NCBI GenBank assembly: GCA_035325585.1
Contig: DAOKZP010000007.1
Span: 11,604 to 75,603, forward strand
Direction: 5' to 3'
Length of the DNA: 64,000 bases
Source of the DNA: Thiobacillaceae bacterium
GTDB taxonomy: Bacteria > Pseudomonadota > Gammaproteobacteria > Burkholderiales > Thiobacillaceae
Shown: one piece after another, positions 49,188 through 58,795 of the stretch
Layout: each line of letters begins with the position of its first letter
How positions within the stretch are numbered: position 1 is the stretch's first letter
Position numbers and translations under genes: made by a program
The notes under the pieces: model-generated
The model's database searches: none
Told to the model about the DNA's origin: nothing
The model's input: only the letters and a program-made list of their open reading frames with translations

Positions 49188-50147
49188 ATGAGCGCACAAG
49201 TGATAGATGTCTTCAACGGAGATGCCGATGGCATCTGCGCCTTGCATCAGCTCCGGCTCGCGGATCCGGCGGAATCCGAACTGGTCACCGGCCCCAAGCG
49301 CGACATCGCCCTGCTCGATCGGGTGGCTGCAGGGGCGGGCGATCGCGTCACCGTGCTCGACGTCGCGCTGTCGAAGAATCGCAAGGCACTGGATCGGCTG
49401 CTGGCCGCCGGCGCATTCGTGCGCTATTTCGATCATCACCAGCCTGGCGAGATTCCCGTGCATCCCAATCTCGCCGCCCATATCGATATCGATGCGAACG
49501 TCTGTACCAGTCTGCTGGTCGACGATTTCCTCGGCGGCAGCCGGCGGGTGTGGGCGGTGACGGCCGCATTCGGAGACAACCTCGCGGACGCGGCCCGCCA
49601 AGCCGCGACGCCGCTGGGTCTGACCGCCGACCAACTGGCGCAGCTGCAATCGCTGGGTGAGTGCCTCAACTATAACGGCTATGGGGAGACAATCGACGAT
49701 CTGTTCTTCCACCCGGCCGAGCTCTATCGGGTCTTGCGGCCCTTCGAGGACCCCTTCGCCTTCATTGCAGAATCCGCGGCCTACCGGACGCTCAAGGCCG
49801 GCTACGAGGATGACATGGCCCGGGCATTCGGGGTTCCCGCTGCCGAGACACGCCCGGGCGGCCGCATTTTTCTCCTGCCTGCCGGGAAGTGGGCGCGGCG
49901 AGTTTCCGGTGTCTTCGGCAATGCGCTCGCAGTCGCTTCTCCGTCACAGGCGCATGCCGTACTCACGGCCGGCGCAGGCGGCTACGTGGTGAGCGTGCGC
50001 GCGCCGCTGACGACGAAGGCCGGTGCGGACGAGCTTTGCAGCCGGTTCGAGGGGGGGGGAGGGCGCACAGCGGCGGCCGGGATCAACCACCTGCCGGATT
50101 CCGAACTTGATCGCTTCGTTGCCGCCTTCTTCGAGTCCTTTCCCTGA
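49188..50147 (+). CDS. DHH/DHHA1-family phosphoesterase
   Basis: NGDADG, VLD, YFDHH and C-terminal GGGR..AAG. Confidence 0.85.
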   Translation: MSAQVIDVFNGDADGICALHQLRLADPAESELVTGPKRDIALLDRVAAGAGDRVTVLDVALSKNRKALDRLLAAGAFVRYFDHHQPGEIPVHPNLAAHIDIDANVCTSLLVDDFLGGSRRVWAVTAAFGDNLADAARQAATPLGLTADQLAQLQSLGECLNYNGYGETIDDLFFHPAELYRVLRPFEDPFAFIAESAAYRTLKAGYEDDMARAFGVPAAETRPGGRIFLLPAGKWARRVSGVFGNALAVASPSQAHAVLTAGAGGYVVSVRAPLTTKAGADELCSRFEGGGGRTAAAGINHLPDSELDRFVAAFFESFP

Positions 50148-50181
50148 AGCGGGATTCCCCCGCGGCATTTCCTGGAGCTCA

Positions 50182-51813
50182 ATGGTGAACCAACTGATCG
50201 CACCTTACGGCGGCACGCTCGTCAACCTCATCGATCCCGCGCGTACCGAGGCGCTGAAGCAGGAAGCATTGAGCCTGCCTTCGCTTGATCTGGACTGGCG
50301 GCAGCAGTGCGAACTCGAAATGCTGATGACCGGTGCGTACTCGCCGCTGACCGGTTTCATGACCCGCGCGGAGTGCGAGCGTGTCGAGACCCGGCGCGAG
50401 CTCGAGGACGGTACCTTCTGGCCGCTGCCCGTCACCCTCTCGTGCGATGCCAAGGCGGCGGACAGCCTCGAGCCGGGCGATCGGGTGGCGCTGCGTGATG
50501 GCGAAGGCTACATGCTTGCCGTACTGACGGTCGAGGATGCATGGCAGTCTGAAGGTCGTACGTATCTCGGCGGTGCCGTCGACGGCGTCGCGTTGCCGCC
50601 GCATCCTGATTTTGCCAACTTGCGTGCCACGCCGGCAGAACTGCGCGCGCAACTCACGCGCCGCGGCTGGCGGCGGGTGATCGCCTGGCAGGCGCGGCAG
50701 CCGATGCATCGCGCCCAGTTCGAGTTCTGCCTGAAGAGCTCGATCGAGAATGAGGCCAACCTGCTGCTGCATCCCCAGGTCGGTGGGGACATCATCGACG
50801 CGCCGGGATATTTCGGTCTCGTGCGGAGCTTTCTCGCGGTCCGCGACCGCTTCCCGTCGGCGACCACCCAGTTGTCGCTGCTGCCGTCCGCGCCGCGCCC
50901 GGCGACGGCCGATGCGCTGTTGCTGCGCGCGATCGTTGCGCGGAACTACGGTTGCAGTCTGCTGCTCGCGGGGGGCGAGCACCAGCCCGAGGGCGATTGC
51001 CGCCGCGGCGAGGACCTCGGCCTTCTCCACGCGGACCTTCCGGTCGCGGCCTTTGCCGAGCGGATCGGCGTCAAGCTCGTCCCCTATCCGCGCATGGTCT
51101 ACGTCGAGGACTGCGCGGAGCACGTGCCCGAGGGGCAGGTACCGCCGGGCGCTCGCGTGCTCACGCTGTCGGGTGCGGAATTCCAGCGCAGGATGCGGGC
51201 GGGACTGAAAGTCCCCGACTGGTACAGTTTTCCCGAGGTGCTCGCGGAATGGCAGCGGCAGAATCCGCCGCGCGAACGCCAAGGCTTCACCGTCTTTTTC
51301 ACCGGATTGTCGGGTGCCGGCAAGTCGACGCTCGCGCGCGCGCTTGCCGCACGCTTGATGGAAACGGGTGGCCGCTCGGTGACCCTGCTCGACGGCGACA
51401 TCGTGCGACGCCATCTGTCGTCGGAACTCGGATTTTCGAAGGCGCACCGGGACATCAACGTGCGGCGTATCGGCTTCGTTGCCTCCGAGATCACGAAGAA
51501 CTGCGGCATCGCCATCTGCGCGCCGATCGCACCCTATCGCCAGACGCGGCGTGGCGTGCGGGAGATGATCGAAGCGGTCGGCGGGTTCGTCGAGATTCAC
51601 GTCGCCACGCCGATCGAGGTCTGCGAATCGCGCGACCGCAAGGGCTTGTATGCCAAGGCGCGCGCCGGGCTGATCCCGGAGTTCACCGGTGTATCGGACC
51701 CTTACGAGATTCCGGAGCAGCCGGAGCTGTCAATCGATACCAGCGGCGTCGGCATCGACGAGGCCGTGCAGCAGATCCTGCTCAAGCTGGAACGCGAAGG
51801 CTACCTGCGCTGA
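50182..51813 (+). CDS. cysC: Two-domain ATP sulfurylase-like / adenylylsulfate kinase (sulfurylase domain degenerate)
   Basis: Sat-like N-terminus (YGG.L, YSPL.GFM, WPLPVTL); APS kinase FTGLSGAGKST, LDGD.VR, RDRKGLY, FTGVSDPYE. Confidence 0.92.
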   Translation: MVNQLIAPYGGTLVNLIDPARTEALKQEALSLPSLDLDWRQQCELEMLMTGAYSPLTGFMTRAECERVETRRELEDGTFWPLPVTLSCDAKAADSLEPGDRVALRDGEGYMLAVLTVEDAWQSEGRTYLGGAVDGVALPPHPDFANLRATPAELRAQLTRRGWRRVIAWQARQPMHRAQFEFCLKSSIENEANLLLHPQVGGDIIDAPGYFGLVRSFLAVRDRFPSATTQLSLLPSAPRPATADALLLRAIVARNYGCSLLLAGGEHQPEGDCRRGEDLGLLHADLPVAAFAERIGVKLVPYPRMVYVEDCAEHVPEGQVPPGARVLTLSGAEFQRRMRAGLKVPDWYSFPEVLAEWQRQNPPRERQGFTVFFTGLSGAGKSTLARALAARLMETGGRSVTLLDGDIVRRHLSSELGFSKAHRDINVRRIGFVASEITKNCGIAICAPIAPYRQTRRGVREMIEAVGGFVEIHVATPIEVCESRDRKGLYAKARAGLIPEFTGVSDPYEIPEQPELSIDTSGVGIDEAVQQILLKLEREGYLR

Positions 51814-51838
51814 TCGGCGACGGACCAAAGACGCGAGG

Positions 51839-53293
51839 CTATCGCGTTGCGGGCCATGGGGCGTGCACGGGCCGGATGAGCAGCGTTCCGGCGAGCATGC
51901 CCGCCGCGCTTGCGATCAGTCCGACGAACTGGGGGGGGAGCGAGGCATCGGGCGCGACGAGCTCCATCGCGACCCAGGCGATGAATCCCAGCGCGATCGA
52001 CAACCCGGCGCCGAGATTGTTCGCCCGCTTCCAGTAAAGCCCGGCGACCAGCGGCACGAAGGCACAGGCCAGCGTCACCTTGTAGGCGTTGGCCACCATT
52101 TCGTGGATGCTGGTCTCGCTTTCGAGCGACCAGAGCGAATAGACCATGACCAGCAGCGCGAAGGCGACGACGACCGCGCGGGTGACCCACAGCAGCGTCG
52201 TCTCCGTCATGTGGTGATGCGGCATGAATTCCTTGATGACGTTCTCCGACAGGGTGACGGCGGGCGCGAGCAGGGTGCCGGACGCCGTCGACATGATCAC
52301 CGACAGCAGCGCGCCGTAGAACACGATCTGGGCGTAGAAGGGCAGATGGGACTTGACGAAGGTCGGCAGCACGAGCTGGGCGTCCTCGGCCAGCAGCGTC
52401 GCACTCATCGCCGGATCGACGAGGGTCGCCGAATAGGTGAGATAGATCGGTATGGCGGCGAACAGGAAATAGAGCGAGCCGCCGATGACGGTCCCCCATA
52501 CCGCGATCGTCTCGGTGCGGGCCGAGTTGGCGCGCTGGAACACGTCCTGCTGCGGGATCGAGCCCAGTCCCATGGTGAGAAAACCCGTGACGAAAGTGAT
52601 GACCGCCGCCCATTCGAGAGGCGGCCAGAACTCGAACTTGCCGGCCGCCGCGGCATGCTCGACGACGGGCGCGATCCCCCCGACTTCCGGCATCTCGGCG
52701 ACGAGTTTGGTGATCCACAGCAGACCGATCGCAATCACGGTCATCTGCACCAGCGTCGTCAGCGCGACCGACCACATGCCGCCAAACAGGGTGTAGAGCA
52801 GTACCACCGTCGCGCCGATGAGGATGCCTTCCTGCTGAGTGATGGCGTTGTTCGACAGCACGTTGAACACGAGCCCGAGCGCGACCACCTGGGCGGACAC
52901 CCAGCCCAGATAGGAGAGCGCGATGGCCGCCGAGATGACCACCTCGACCGGGCGGTTGTAGCGCCGGCGGAAGAAGTCGCCGAGCGTCAGGAGCTTCATG
53001 CGGTAGAGCGGACGCGCGAAGAAGAGGCCGAACAGGATCAGCGCGAGCGAGGCGCCAAAGGGATCGGCGATCGTGCCGCCGAGATTCTCGTCGAGGAAGG
53101 TCGCGGGAATGCCGAGCACGGTTTCGGCGCCGAACCAGGTCGCGAATACCATCGCCACCACGACGATCATCGGCAGCGCGCGCCCGGCCGTGATGTAGTC
53201 GGCCGCGGTGTGGACCTTGGTCGCCGCGTAGAGCCCGATGCCGATCGACAGCACCAGATAGAGGATGACGAAACCGAGCAGGGTGTGATCCAA
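51839..53293 (-). CDS. Sodium:solute symporter family transporter; TTG start inferred
   Basis: DY..AGR.LP, FATWFGAETVLG, YTLFGGMWSV, GSIPQQDVFQR; about 13 TM helices. Confidence 0.9.
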   Translation of the reverse strand: MDHTLLGFVILYLVLSIGIGLYAATKVHTAADYITAGRALPMIVVVAMVFATWFGAETVLGIPATFLDENLGGTIADPFGASLALILFGLFFARPLYRMKLLTLGDFFRRRYNRPVEVVISAAIALSYLGWVSAQVVALGLVFNVLSNNAITQQEGILIGATVVLLYTLFGGMWSVALTTLVQMTVIAIGLLWITKLVAEMPEVGGIAPVVEHAAAAGKFEFWPPLEWAAVITFVTGFLTMGLGSIPQQDVFQRANSARTETIAVWGTVIGGSLYFLFAAIPIYLTYSATLVDPAMSATLLAEDAQLVLPTFVKSHLPFYAQIVFYGALLSVIMSTASGTLLAPAVTLSENVIKEFMPHHHMTETTLLWVTRAVVVAFALLVMVYSLWSLESETSIHEMVANAYKVTLACAFVPLVAGLYWKRANNLGAGLSIALGFIAWVAMELVAPDASLPPQFVGLIASAAGMLAGTLLIRPVHAPWPATR

Positions 53294-53303
53294 GATGCGA
53301 ATC

Positions 53304-54881
53304 CTAGTCGAAGAACAAGAACGACACGCCGGCGACGAGCATCGCCAGCAGCGCCGCAATGATACCGAGCCAGCGGTTGCGCGCATGTTGCTGTCGCAGC
53401 AGTTCGGCGAGCCCGGTCGCCAACTGGGCGAGGCGGTTTTCGTTCAGCGCGTGATGGGCCAGACGCGGCAGCTGCGGCAGCAGGGCCGCCCATTTCGGCG
53501 CTTCGGCCTGCAGATTCCTGACCAGGGCACGCCAGCCCACCTGCTCGTCCATCCAGCGCTCGAGGAAGGGCTTGGCGGTCTTCCACAGGTCGAGATCCGG
53601 GTCGAGCTGGCGGCCGAGACCCTCGATGTTGAGCAGGGTTTTCTGCAGCAGCACCAGCTGCGGCTGGATTTCGACGTTGAACCGGCGTGACGCCTGGAAC
53701 AGCTGCAGCAGGACCCGGCCGAACGAAATCTCCTTCAGCGGCCGGTCGAACACCGGTTCGCATACCGCGCGCACGGCCGCTTCGAGTTCGTCGACCCGCG
53801 TGTCGGGCGGTACCCAGCCGGATTCCAGGTGCGCCAGGGCCACGCCCTTGTAGTCGCGCCGGAAGAACGCGAGAAAGTTGCGCGCAAGATACTGTTTGTC
53901 GACTTCGGTGAGCGTGCCCATGATGCCGAAATCGAGTGCGATGTACTGGTCGTTCGCCGCACGCGATCTGCCGGGCGCACCAAGACCTGGCGTAGTGGCC
54001 GCGCCCGCGGGGCGGACCAGGATATTGCCGGGATGCATGTCCGCGTGAAAGAAGCCGTCGCGGAACACCTGGGTGAAGAAGATCTCCACACCCATGGCGG
54101 CGAGCCGGGGAACGTCGACGCCGGATTCGCGCAGGCGATCCACCTGGCTGACGGGGATGCCGTCCATGCGATCCATCACCATGACGTTCCGGTCGCAGTA
54201 ATCCCAATAGACCTCGGGAACCAGGAGCAGCGGCGAATCCCGGAAATTGCGGCGCAGCTGCGAACAGTTTGCGGCCTCGCGCATGAGATCGAGCTCGTCC
54301 TCGAGATGCTTCTCGAATTCCGCGACCACTTCCCGCGGCCGCAGCCGGCGGCCGTCGGCAAACAGCCTCTCGATCAGGGTGGCGCCCGCGTAGAGGAGCG
54401 AGACGTCGTGCGCGATGACGGGCGCGATACCGGGACGCAGTACCTTCACCGCCACGGCGGTGCCGTCGTGGAGACGGGCGAAGTGCACCTGGGCAACCGA
54501 CGCGGACGCGATTGGCGTGGGGTCGAACTCGGCGAAGACCTCGGCGATCGGCCGCCGGTACGACGCCTCGAGTGCCGCGATCGCCTCCCCGGAGGGGAAG
54601 GGCGGGACACGGTCTTGCAGTTGGGCGAGTTCGTCGGCGATGTCGAGCGGAACGAGATCGCGGCGAGTCGACAGCATCTGCCCGAACTTGACGAAGATCG
54701 GCCCGAGCGCCTCCAGCGCGCGGCGCAGGCGCACGGCGCGCGGTTCGCTGAGCGGACGCCAGAAGAGCAGCGCCCGCACCACCCAGCGCAGCGGTTTGAC
54801 GCGTTCGTGGCCGAGAAAGAATTCCTCCAGCCCGAAACGCAGGCCGATGGCGAGAATGCGGGCGAGGCGCAGCAGCTTCAT
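53304..54881 (-). CDS. ubiB: Ubiquinone biosynthesis regulatory kinase UbiB
   Basis: [44 protein letters not shown]. Confidence 0.96.
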   Translation of the reverse strand: MKLLRLARILAIGLRFGLEEFFLGHERVKPLRWVVRALLFWRPLSEPRAVRLRRALEALGPIFVKFGQMLSTRRDLVPLDIADELAQLQDRVPPFPSGEAIAALEASYRRPIAEVFAEFDPTPIASASVAQVHFARLHDGTAVAVKVLRPGIAPVIAHDVSLLYAGATLIERLFADGRRLRPREVVAEFEKHLEDELDLMREAANCSQLRRNFRDSPLLLVPEVYWDYCDRNVMVMDRMDGIPVSQVDRLRESGVDVPRLAAMGVEIFFTQVFRDGFFHADMHPGNILVRPAGAATTPGLGAPGRSRAANDQYIALDFGIMGTLTEVDKQYLARNFLAFFRRDYKGVALAHLESGWVPPDTRVDELEAAVRAVCEPVFDRPLKEISFGRVLLQLFQASRRFNVEIQPQLVLLQKTLLNIEGLGRQLDPDLDLWKTAKPFLERWMDEQVGWRALVRNLQAEAPKWAALLPQLPRLAHHALNENRLAQLATGLAELLRQQHARNRWLGIIAALLAMLVAGVSFLFFD

Positions 54882-55456
54882 GCCGCGAGCGCTTCCAGTC
54901 GCCTGAGGCGGGCCTCCATCCGCGCCGCGTCGTCGGCCAGGTCGTCGACGGCGCGGTTGAAGCGCGCCACGTCGACCGCGCGCGCCATGAGCTCGGTTTC
55001 CTCGACCAGATATTCGCTCGCCGTGTGGCCGAAGGTCGAGACGGCCTGGCCGATGCCGGCGAGTGCGTCGCGGCCGAACGCGTGCAGGCGGTGGGCCGCG
55101 GCGTCGCCAACCCAGGGCGCGAGGTCGGCCTCAAGGTCCCAGTCGAGCTGGCGGAATACCCGGTCGAGCGTGGAGAGCAGCGCGGGGTCGCCGCTGTAGT
55201 CCGCGTCGCGCAGAGCCTCGCGGCCCGCAAACGGGAGCCGGACGATGAGCGCGGGGGTGGGACGGATCACCGCGTCGGGCGTCTCGATCGGCGCTTCCGA
55301 AAAGCACCCGTCCTCGGCGATGCGGAAGTCGAACCGCGCGAGCACGAGGTCGAAGCGCACGGCGGCACCCGCGTGGCGGGCGAGCGCCTCCGCCGCACCC
55401 GGTGCCTGCCGCAACAGATGGTTGAGGCCCCGCTCGATGAGACCCGCGGTGATCAC
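54878..55456 (-). CDS. ubiJ: Ubiquinone biosynthesis accessory factor UbiJ; GTG start
   Basis: Lies between ubiE and ubiB; [21 protein letters not shown]-terminal coiled coil. Confidence 0.85.
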   Translation of the reverse strand: MITAGLIERGLNHLLRQAPGAAEALARHAGAAVRFDLVLARFDFRIAEDGCFSEAPIETPDAVIRPTPALIVRLPFAGREALRDADYSGDPALLSTLDRVFRQLDWDLEADLAPWVGDAAAHRLHAFGRDALAGIGQAVSTFGHTASEYLVEETELMARAVDVARFNRAVDDLADDAARMEARLRRLEALAA

Positions 55457-56187
55457 ACCTTGAAGCCCTTGTGCAGGGCGACCACGCCGGCGGTGAGGTT
55501 GTGGTAACTGACCTTGGCGAAGCCGGCCGCTTCCATCATGGCCTTCAATTCCTCCTGGCCGGGATGCATGCGGATCGACTCTGCGAGGTACTGGTAGCTG
55601 CCGGGGTCGTTTGCGACGAGCTTGCCCATGAGCGGCAGCAGCTTGAACGAATACAGATCGTACGCCGGCGCAAGCGGCTTCCATACTCGGGAAAACTCCA
55701 GCACCAGCAGCCGCCCGCCGGGCCGCAGCACGCGATGCATCTCGGTGAGCGCCTGATCCTTGTGCGTCATGTTGCGAAGCCCGAACGCGACCGAGACGCA
55801 ATCGAAATGGTCATCGGGGAAGGGCAGGCGCTCACCGTCGCATTGCACGGCCGGTGGCGTCTGGCCCTCGTTGAGCATGCGGTCGCGGCCCTCGCGCAGC
55901 ATCGAGAAATTGATGTCGGTGAGGAAGACGGTGCCGGCGTCGCCGACTTCCTTCAGGAACAGGCGCGTGAGGTCGGCGGTACCACCGGCGACGTCGAGCA
56001 CCTTCATGCCCGGCCGCAGCCCGGCCTGCGCCACGGCGAAACGTTTCCAGAGCCGGTGCAGCCCGCCCGACATCAGGTCGTTCATCAGGTCGTACTTGGT
56101 CGCGACCGAATGGAAGACATCGGCGACCTTGGCGGCTTTCTCGGATTCGGCGACCTGTTTGTAACCGAAGTGGGTGGTCTTATCCAT
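55453..56187 (-). CDS. ubiE: Demethylmenaquinone/DDMQ C-methyltransferase
   Basis: [40 protein letters not shown]. Confidence 0.97.
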   Translation of the reverse strand: MDKTTHFGYKQVAESEKAAKVADVFHSVATKYDLMNDLMSGGLHRLWKRFAVAQAGLRPGMKVLDVAGGTADLTRLFLKEVGDAGTVFLTDINFSMLREGRDRMLNEGQTPPAVQCDGERLPFPDDHFDCVSVAFGLRNMTHKDQALTEMHRVLRPGGRLLVLEFSRVWKPLAPAYDLYSFKLLPLMGKLVANDPGSYQYLAESIRMHPGQEELKAMMEAAGFAKVSYHNLTAGVVALHKGFKV

Positions 56188-56258
56188 GGCGGCGGACGAC
56201 GAGGAAATGCCGGAATTCTACCAGCGCGCACCTCGGCGAGGGTTCGGGATGCGCGCGC

Positions 56259-56298
56259 GTGTCATAAATTGGTCATACTGCCGTCATAGGATGGCCAT
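56259..56298 (+). promoter_or_regulatory. Pho box array and -10 element of the phoBR promoter
   Basis: GTCAT at 56261, 56272 and 56283 plus GCCAT at 56294 (11-bp period); TAGGAT lies 10 nt after the second half-site. Confidence 0.88.
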
Positions 56299-56322
56299 CA
56301 TCCAAACAAGGTTTGAATCGCA

Positions 56323-57015
56323 ATGGCTGCCAATATTCTGCTGGTCGAAGACGAGCCCGGGATCCAGGAACTGCTGAAGTTCAACCTCACGCAGGCGGGA
56401 CATCAGGTGACTGCCGCCGGTGACGCCGAGCACGCGCTGAAATTTCTGAGGAGCACGTTGCCCGATGTGATCCTGCTCGACTGGATGCTGCCCGGGATGT
56501 CGGGCATCGACCTGTGCCGGCGCCTGCGCAACGATGAGCGCTACCAGCCGATTCCCATCATCATGCTCACGGCGCGGGGTGAGGAGCGCGACAAGGTACT
56601 CGGACTCGATACCGGCGCCGACGACTACATCACCAAGCCGTTCTCGCCACGCGAGCTGGTGTCCCGCATCAAGGCCGTGCTGCGGCGCCGGGCGCCACAG
56701 ATGACGGACGAGCCGGTGGAAGTCGACGGGCTGCGCCTGGATCCTGCCAGCCACCGCGTGCAGGGACACGGCCAGGCGCTCGAACTCGGGCCGACCGAGT
56801 TCCGGCTGCTGCACTTCTTCATGACCCATCCCGAGCGCGTCTATTCACGCGCGCAGCTGCTCGACCAGGTCTGGGGGGACGACGTCTTCGTCGAGGAGCG
56901 CACGGTGGATGTCCATATCCGCCGCCTGCGGCTTGCGTTGGAGCCGTCCGGCCATGCCGGGATGATCCAGACCGTGCGCGGCGCCGGATATCGCTTTTCC
57001 GCCACGACGGGTTGA
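56323..57015 (+). CDS. phoB: Phosphate regulon response regulator
   Basis: [51 protein letters not shown]. Confidence 0.97.
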   Translation: MAANILLVEDEPGIQELLKFNLTQAGHQVTAAGDAEHALKFLRSTLPDVILLDWMLPGMSGIDLCRRLRNDERYQPIPIIMLTARGEERDKVLGLDTGADDYITKPFSPRELVSRIKAVLRRRAPQMTDEPVEVDGLRLDPASHRVQGHGQALELGPTEFRLLHFFMTHPERVYSRAQLLDQVWGDDVFVEERTVDVHIRRLRLALEPSGHAGMIQTVRGAGYRFSATTG

Positions 57016-57045
57016 TAATCGGGCCAGTTTGGTAAGCTGGCTCTC

Positions 57046-58398
57046 ATGATGGGTTTCTGGTGGCGTCCGCTCGGCGTGCTCGCCGGCACATTGTTCGTGG
57101 CGCTGATATTGTGGGCGGCATCCGGCTGGGTCGCGGCCCTGGGGTTCCTGGCCGGCATCCAGGCCGTCGTCATGCTGCGCCGCCTGTGGCAGGAATTCCG
57201 CCTGTCGCGCTGGCTCGAGAATCCGGACGAAGTGGAGCCGCCGGACGCCACGGGAACCTGGGGCGACATCTTCTACCGCCTGCAGAAGCTGCAGCGCCGC
57301 CAGCGCCACAGCCGTAGCGAACTCACCAATGCGCTCGAGCGTTTCGAGCACGCCGCCCAGGCGGTGCCGGACGCGATGGTCATCCTCAACTCCACGGAAC
57401 AGATCGAGTGGTGCAATCCGGCCTCGCGCAAGTACATGGGGCTCGATTGCGAGCGTGACCGGGGGCAGTTCATCCGCTACCTCATGCGGCAGGCATATTT
57501 CCTGGATTTTCTCGACGCCGGGGATTATTCCCGGCGACTCGTCTGCAAGTCGCCGGTCAACCGCGAGATCACGCTCTCGGTGCAACTGGTGCCGTTCGCC
57601 GAGTCGCGCAAGCTGCTGCTCGCGCGCGACATCACGGACCTCGAGCGCGTCGACGCGATGCGGCGCGACTTCATCGCCAATGTGTCGCACGAGCTGCGCA
57701 CTCCGCTGACGGTGGTCGGCGGCTTCGTCGAGACCCTGGTCGAGGCGTCCGACTTGCCTGCTGCGGAAGCCCGCCGCTATTTCCATCTGATGCTCGACCA
57801 TACCCGGCGCATGCAGCATCTTCTGGATGACCTTCTGACGCTGTCGCGCCTTGAAAGCAACGACCACGACCTCGAGGACGAGATCGTCGACGTGCCCGAG
57901 ATGGCGCGCGCGCTCAAGGCCGAAGCGGAATCGCTGAGCCGGGGGCGCCACCGGGTCAGCCTGAAGCTCGACAGCGACGCTTCGCTCAAGGGCAACCTGC
58001 AGGAAATCCGCAGCGCGCTCGGCAACCTGGTATCGAACGCGGTGCGTTACACGCCGGATGGCGGCGAGATCGCACTGAGCTGGCGCGAAAGCGGCAGCGG
58101 CGAGGGCATATTCACCGTCCGTGACACGGGCGAGGGGATTGCGCTCGAACACATCCCGCGCCTGACAGAGCGCTTCTATCGCATCGATCGCAGCCGTTCG
58201 CGCGAAACGGGCGGTACGGGACTCGGACTTGCGATCGTCAAGCACGTGCTGACCCGCCACGATGCGCGACTCGACATCCAGTCCACGCCCGGTCGCGGCA
58301 GCGCGTTCTCGGCGATTTTTCCCGCTTCGCGCATGCAGCCGCCGCCGCGTGCGGCGGCGGTCATTCCGGTTCCGGAGCCAGAGCAAGCCGCCGATTGA
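57046..58398 (+). CDS. phoR: Phosphate regulon sensor kinase
   Basis: G.WG.IF, PAS domain (IEWCN), FIANVSHELRTPLT, NAVRYT, RLTERFYR, GGTGLGLAIVKH. Confidence 0.96.
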   Translation: MMGFWWRPLGVLAGTLFVALILWAASGWVAALGFLAGIQAVVMLRRLWQEFRLSRWLENPDEVEPPDATGTWGDIFYRLQKLQRRQRHSRSELTNALERFEHAAQAVPDAMVILNSTEQIEWCNPASRKYMGLDCERDRGQFIRYLMRQAYFLDFLDAGDYSRRLVCKSPVNREITLSVQLVPFAESRKLLLARDITDLERVDAMRRDFIANVSHELRTPLTVVGGFVETLVEASDLPAAEARRYFHLMLDHTRRMQHLLDDLLTLSRLESNDHDLEDEIVDVPEMARALKAEAESLSRGRHRVSLKLDSDASLKGNLQEIRSALGNLVSNAVRYTPDGGEIALSWRESGSGEGIFTVRDTGEGIALEHIPRLTERFYRIDRSRSRETGGTGLGLAIVKHVLTRHDARLDIQSTPGRGSAFSAIFPASRMQPPPRAAAVIPVPEPEQAAD

Positions 58399-58795
58399 GC
58401 GCGTCGGCAAGCCGCGCCGTGAGATCCTCGCCGGGCGCCACCGGCGCATCGTTTCGCCGGCGCTCGCCCCACACGCTGTTGGGGAAGTGCGGATCGCCCG
58501 TGAAGCGAGCGATCACGTGCCAATGCAGGTGCGGCACCACGTTGCCGAGCGAGGCGAGGTTGATCTTGTCGGGTGCCATCACTTCGCGCAGCGCCGATTC
58601 AGAAGCCAGTACCACGCGCAGCAGCGCGGTCTGCTCCGCAGCGGGCAGATCGGTCATTTCCTTCACGTGTGCGTTAAGAATCACGCGCAGAAATCCCGGA
58701 TAACCCGGTTCATCGACGAGGGCGACGCGGCAGAGCGCATCGCGCCAGAGCGTGATGCCGGCGTCGTTCCCGCACAGCGGGCAGGTGGGTGTCAT
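58361..58795 (-). CDS. HIT-family hydrolase
   Basis: CPLC, H..EM.DL, KINLASLGNVVPHLHWHVI; ATGA overlap with the upstream gene. Confidence 0.9.
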   Translation of the reverse strand: MTPTCPLCGNDAGITLWRDALCRVALVDEPGYPGFLRVILNAHVKEMTDLPAAEQTALLRVVLASESALREVMAPDKINLASLGNVVPHLHWHVIARFTGDPHFPNSVWGERRRNDAPVAPGEDLTARLADALNRRLALAPEPE

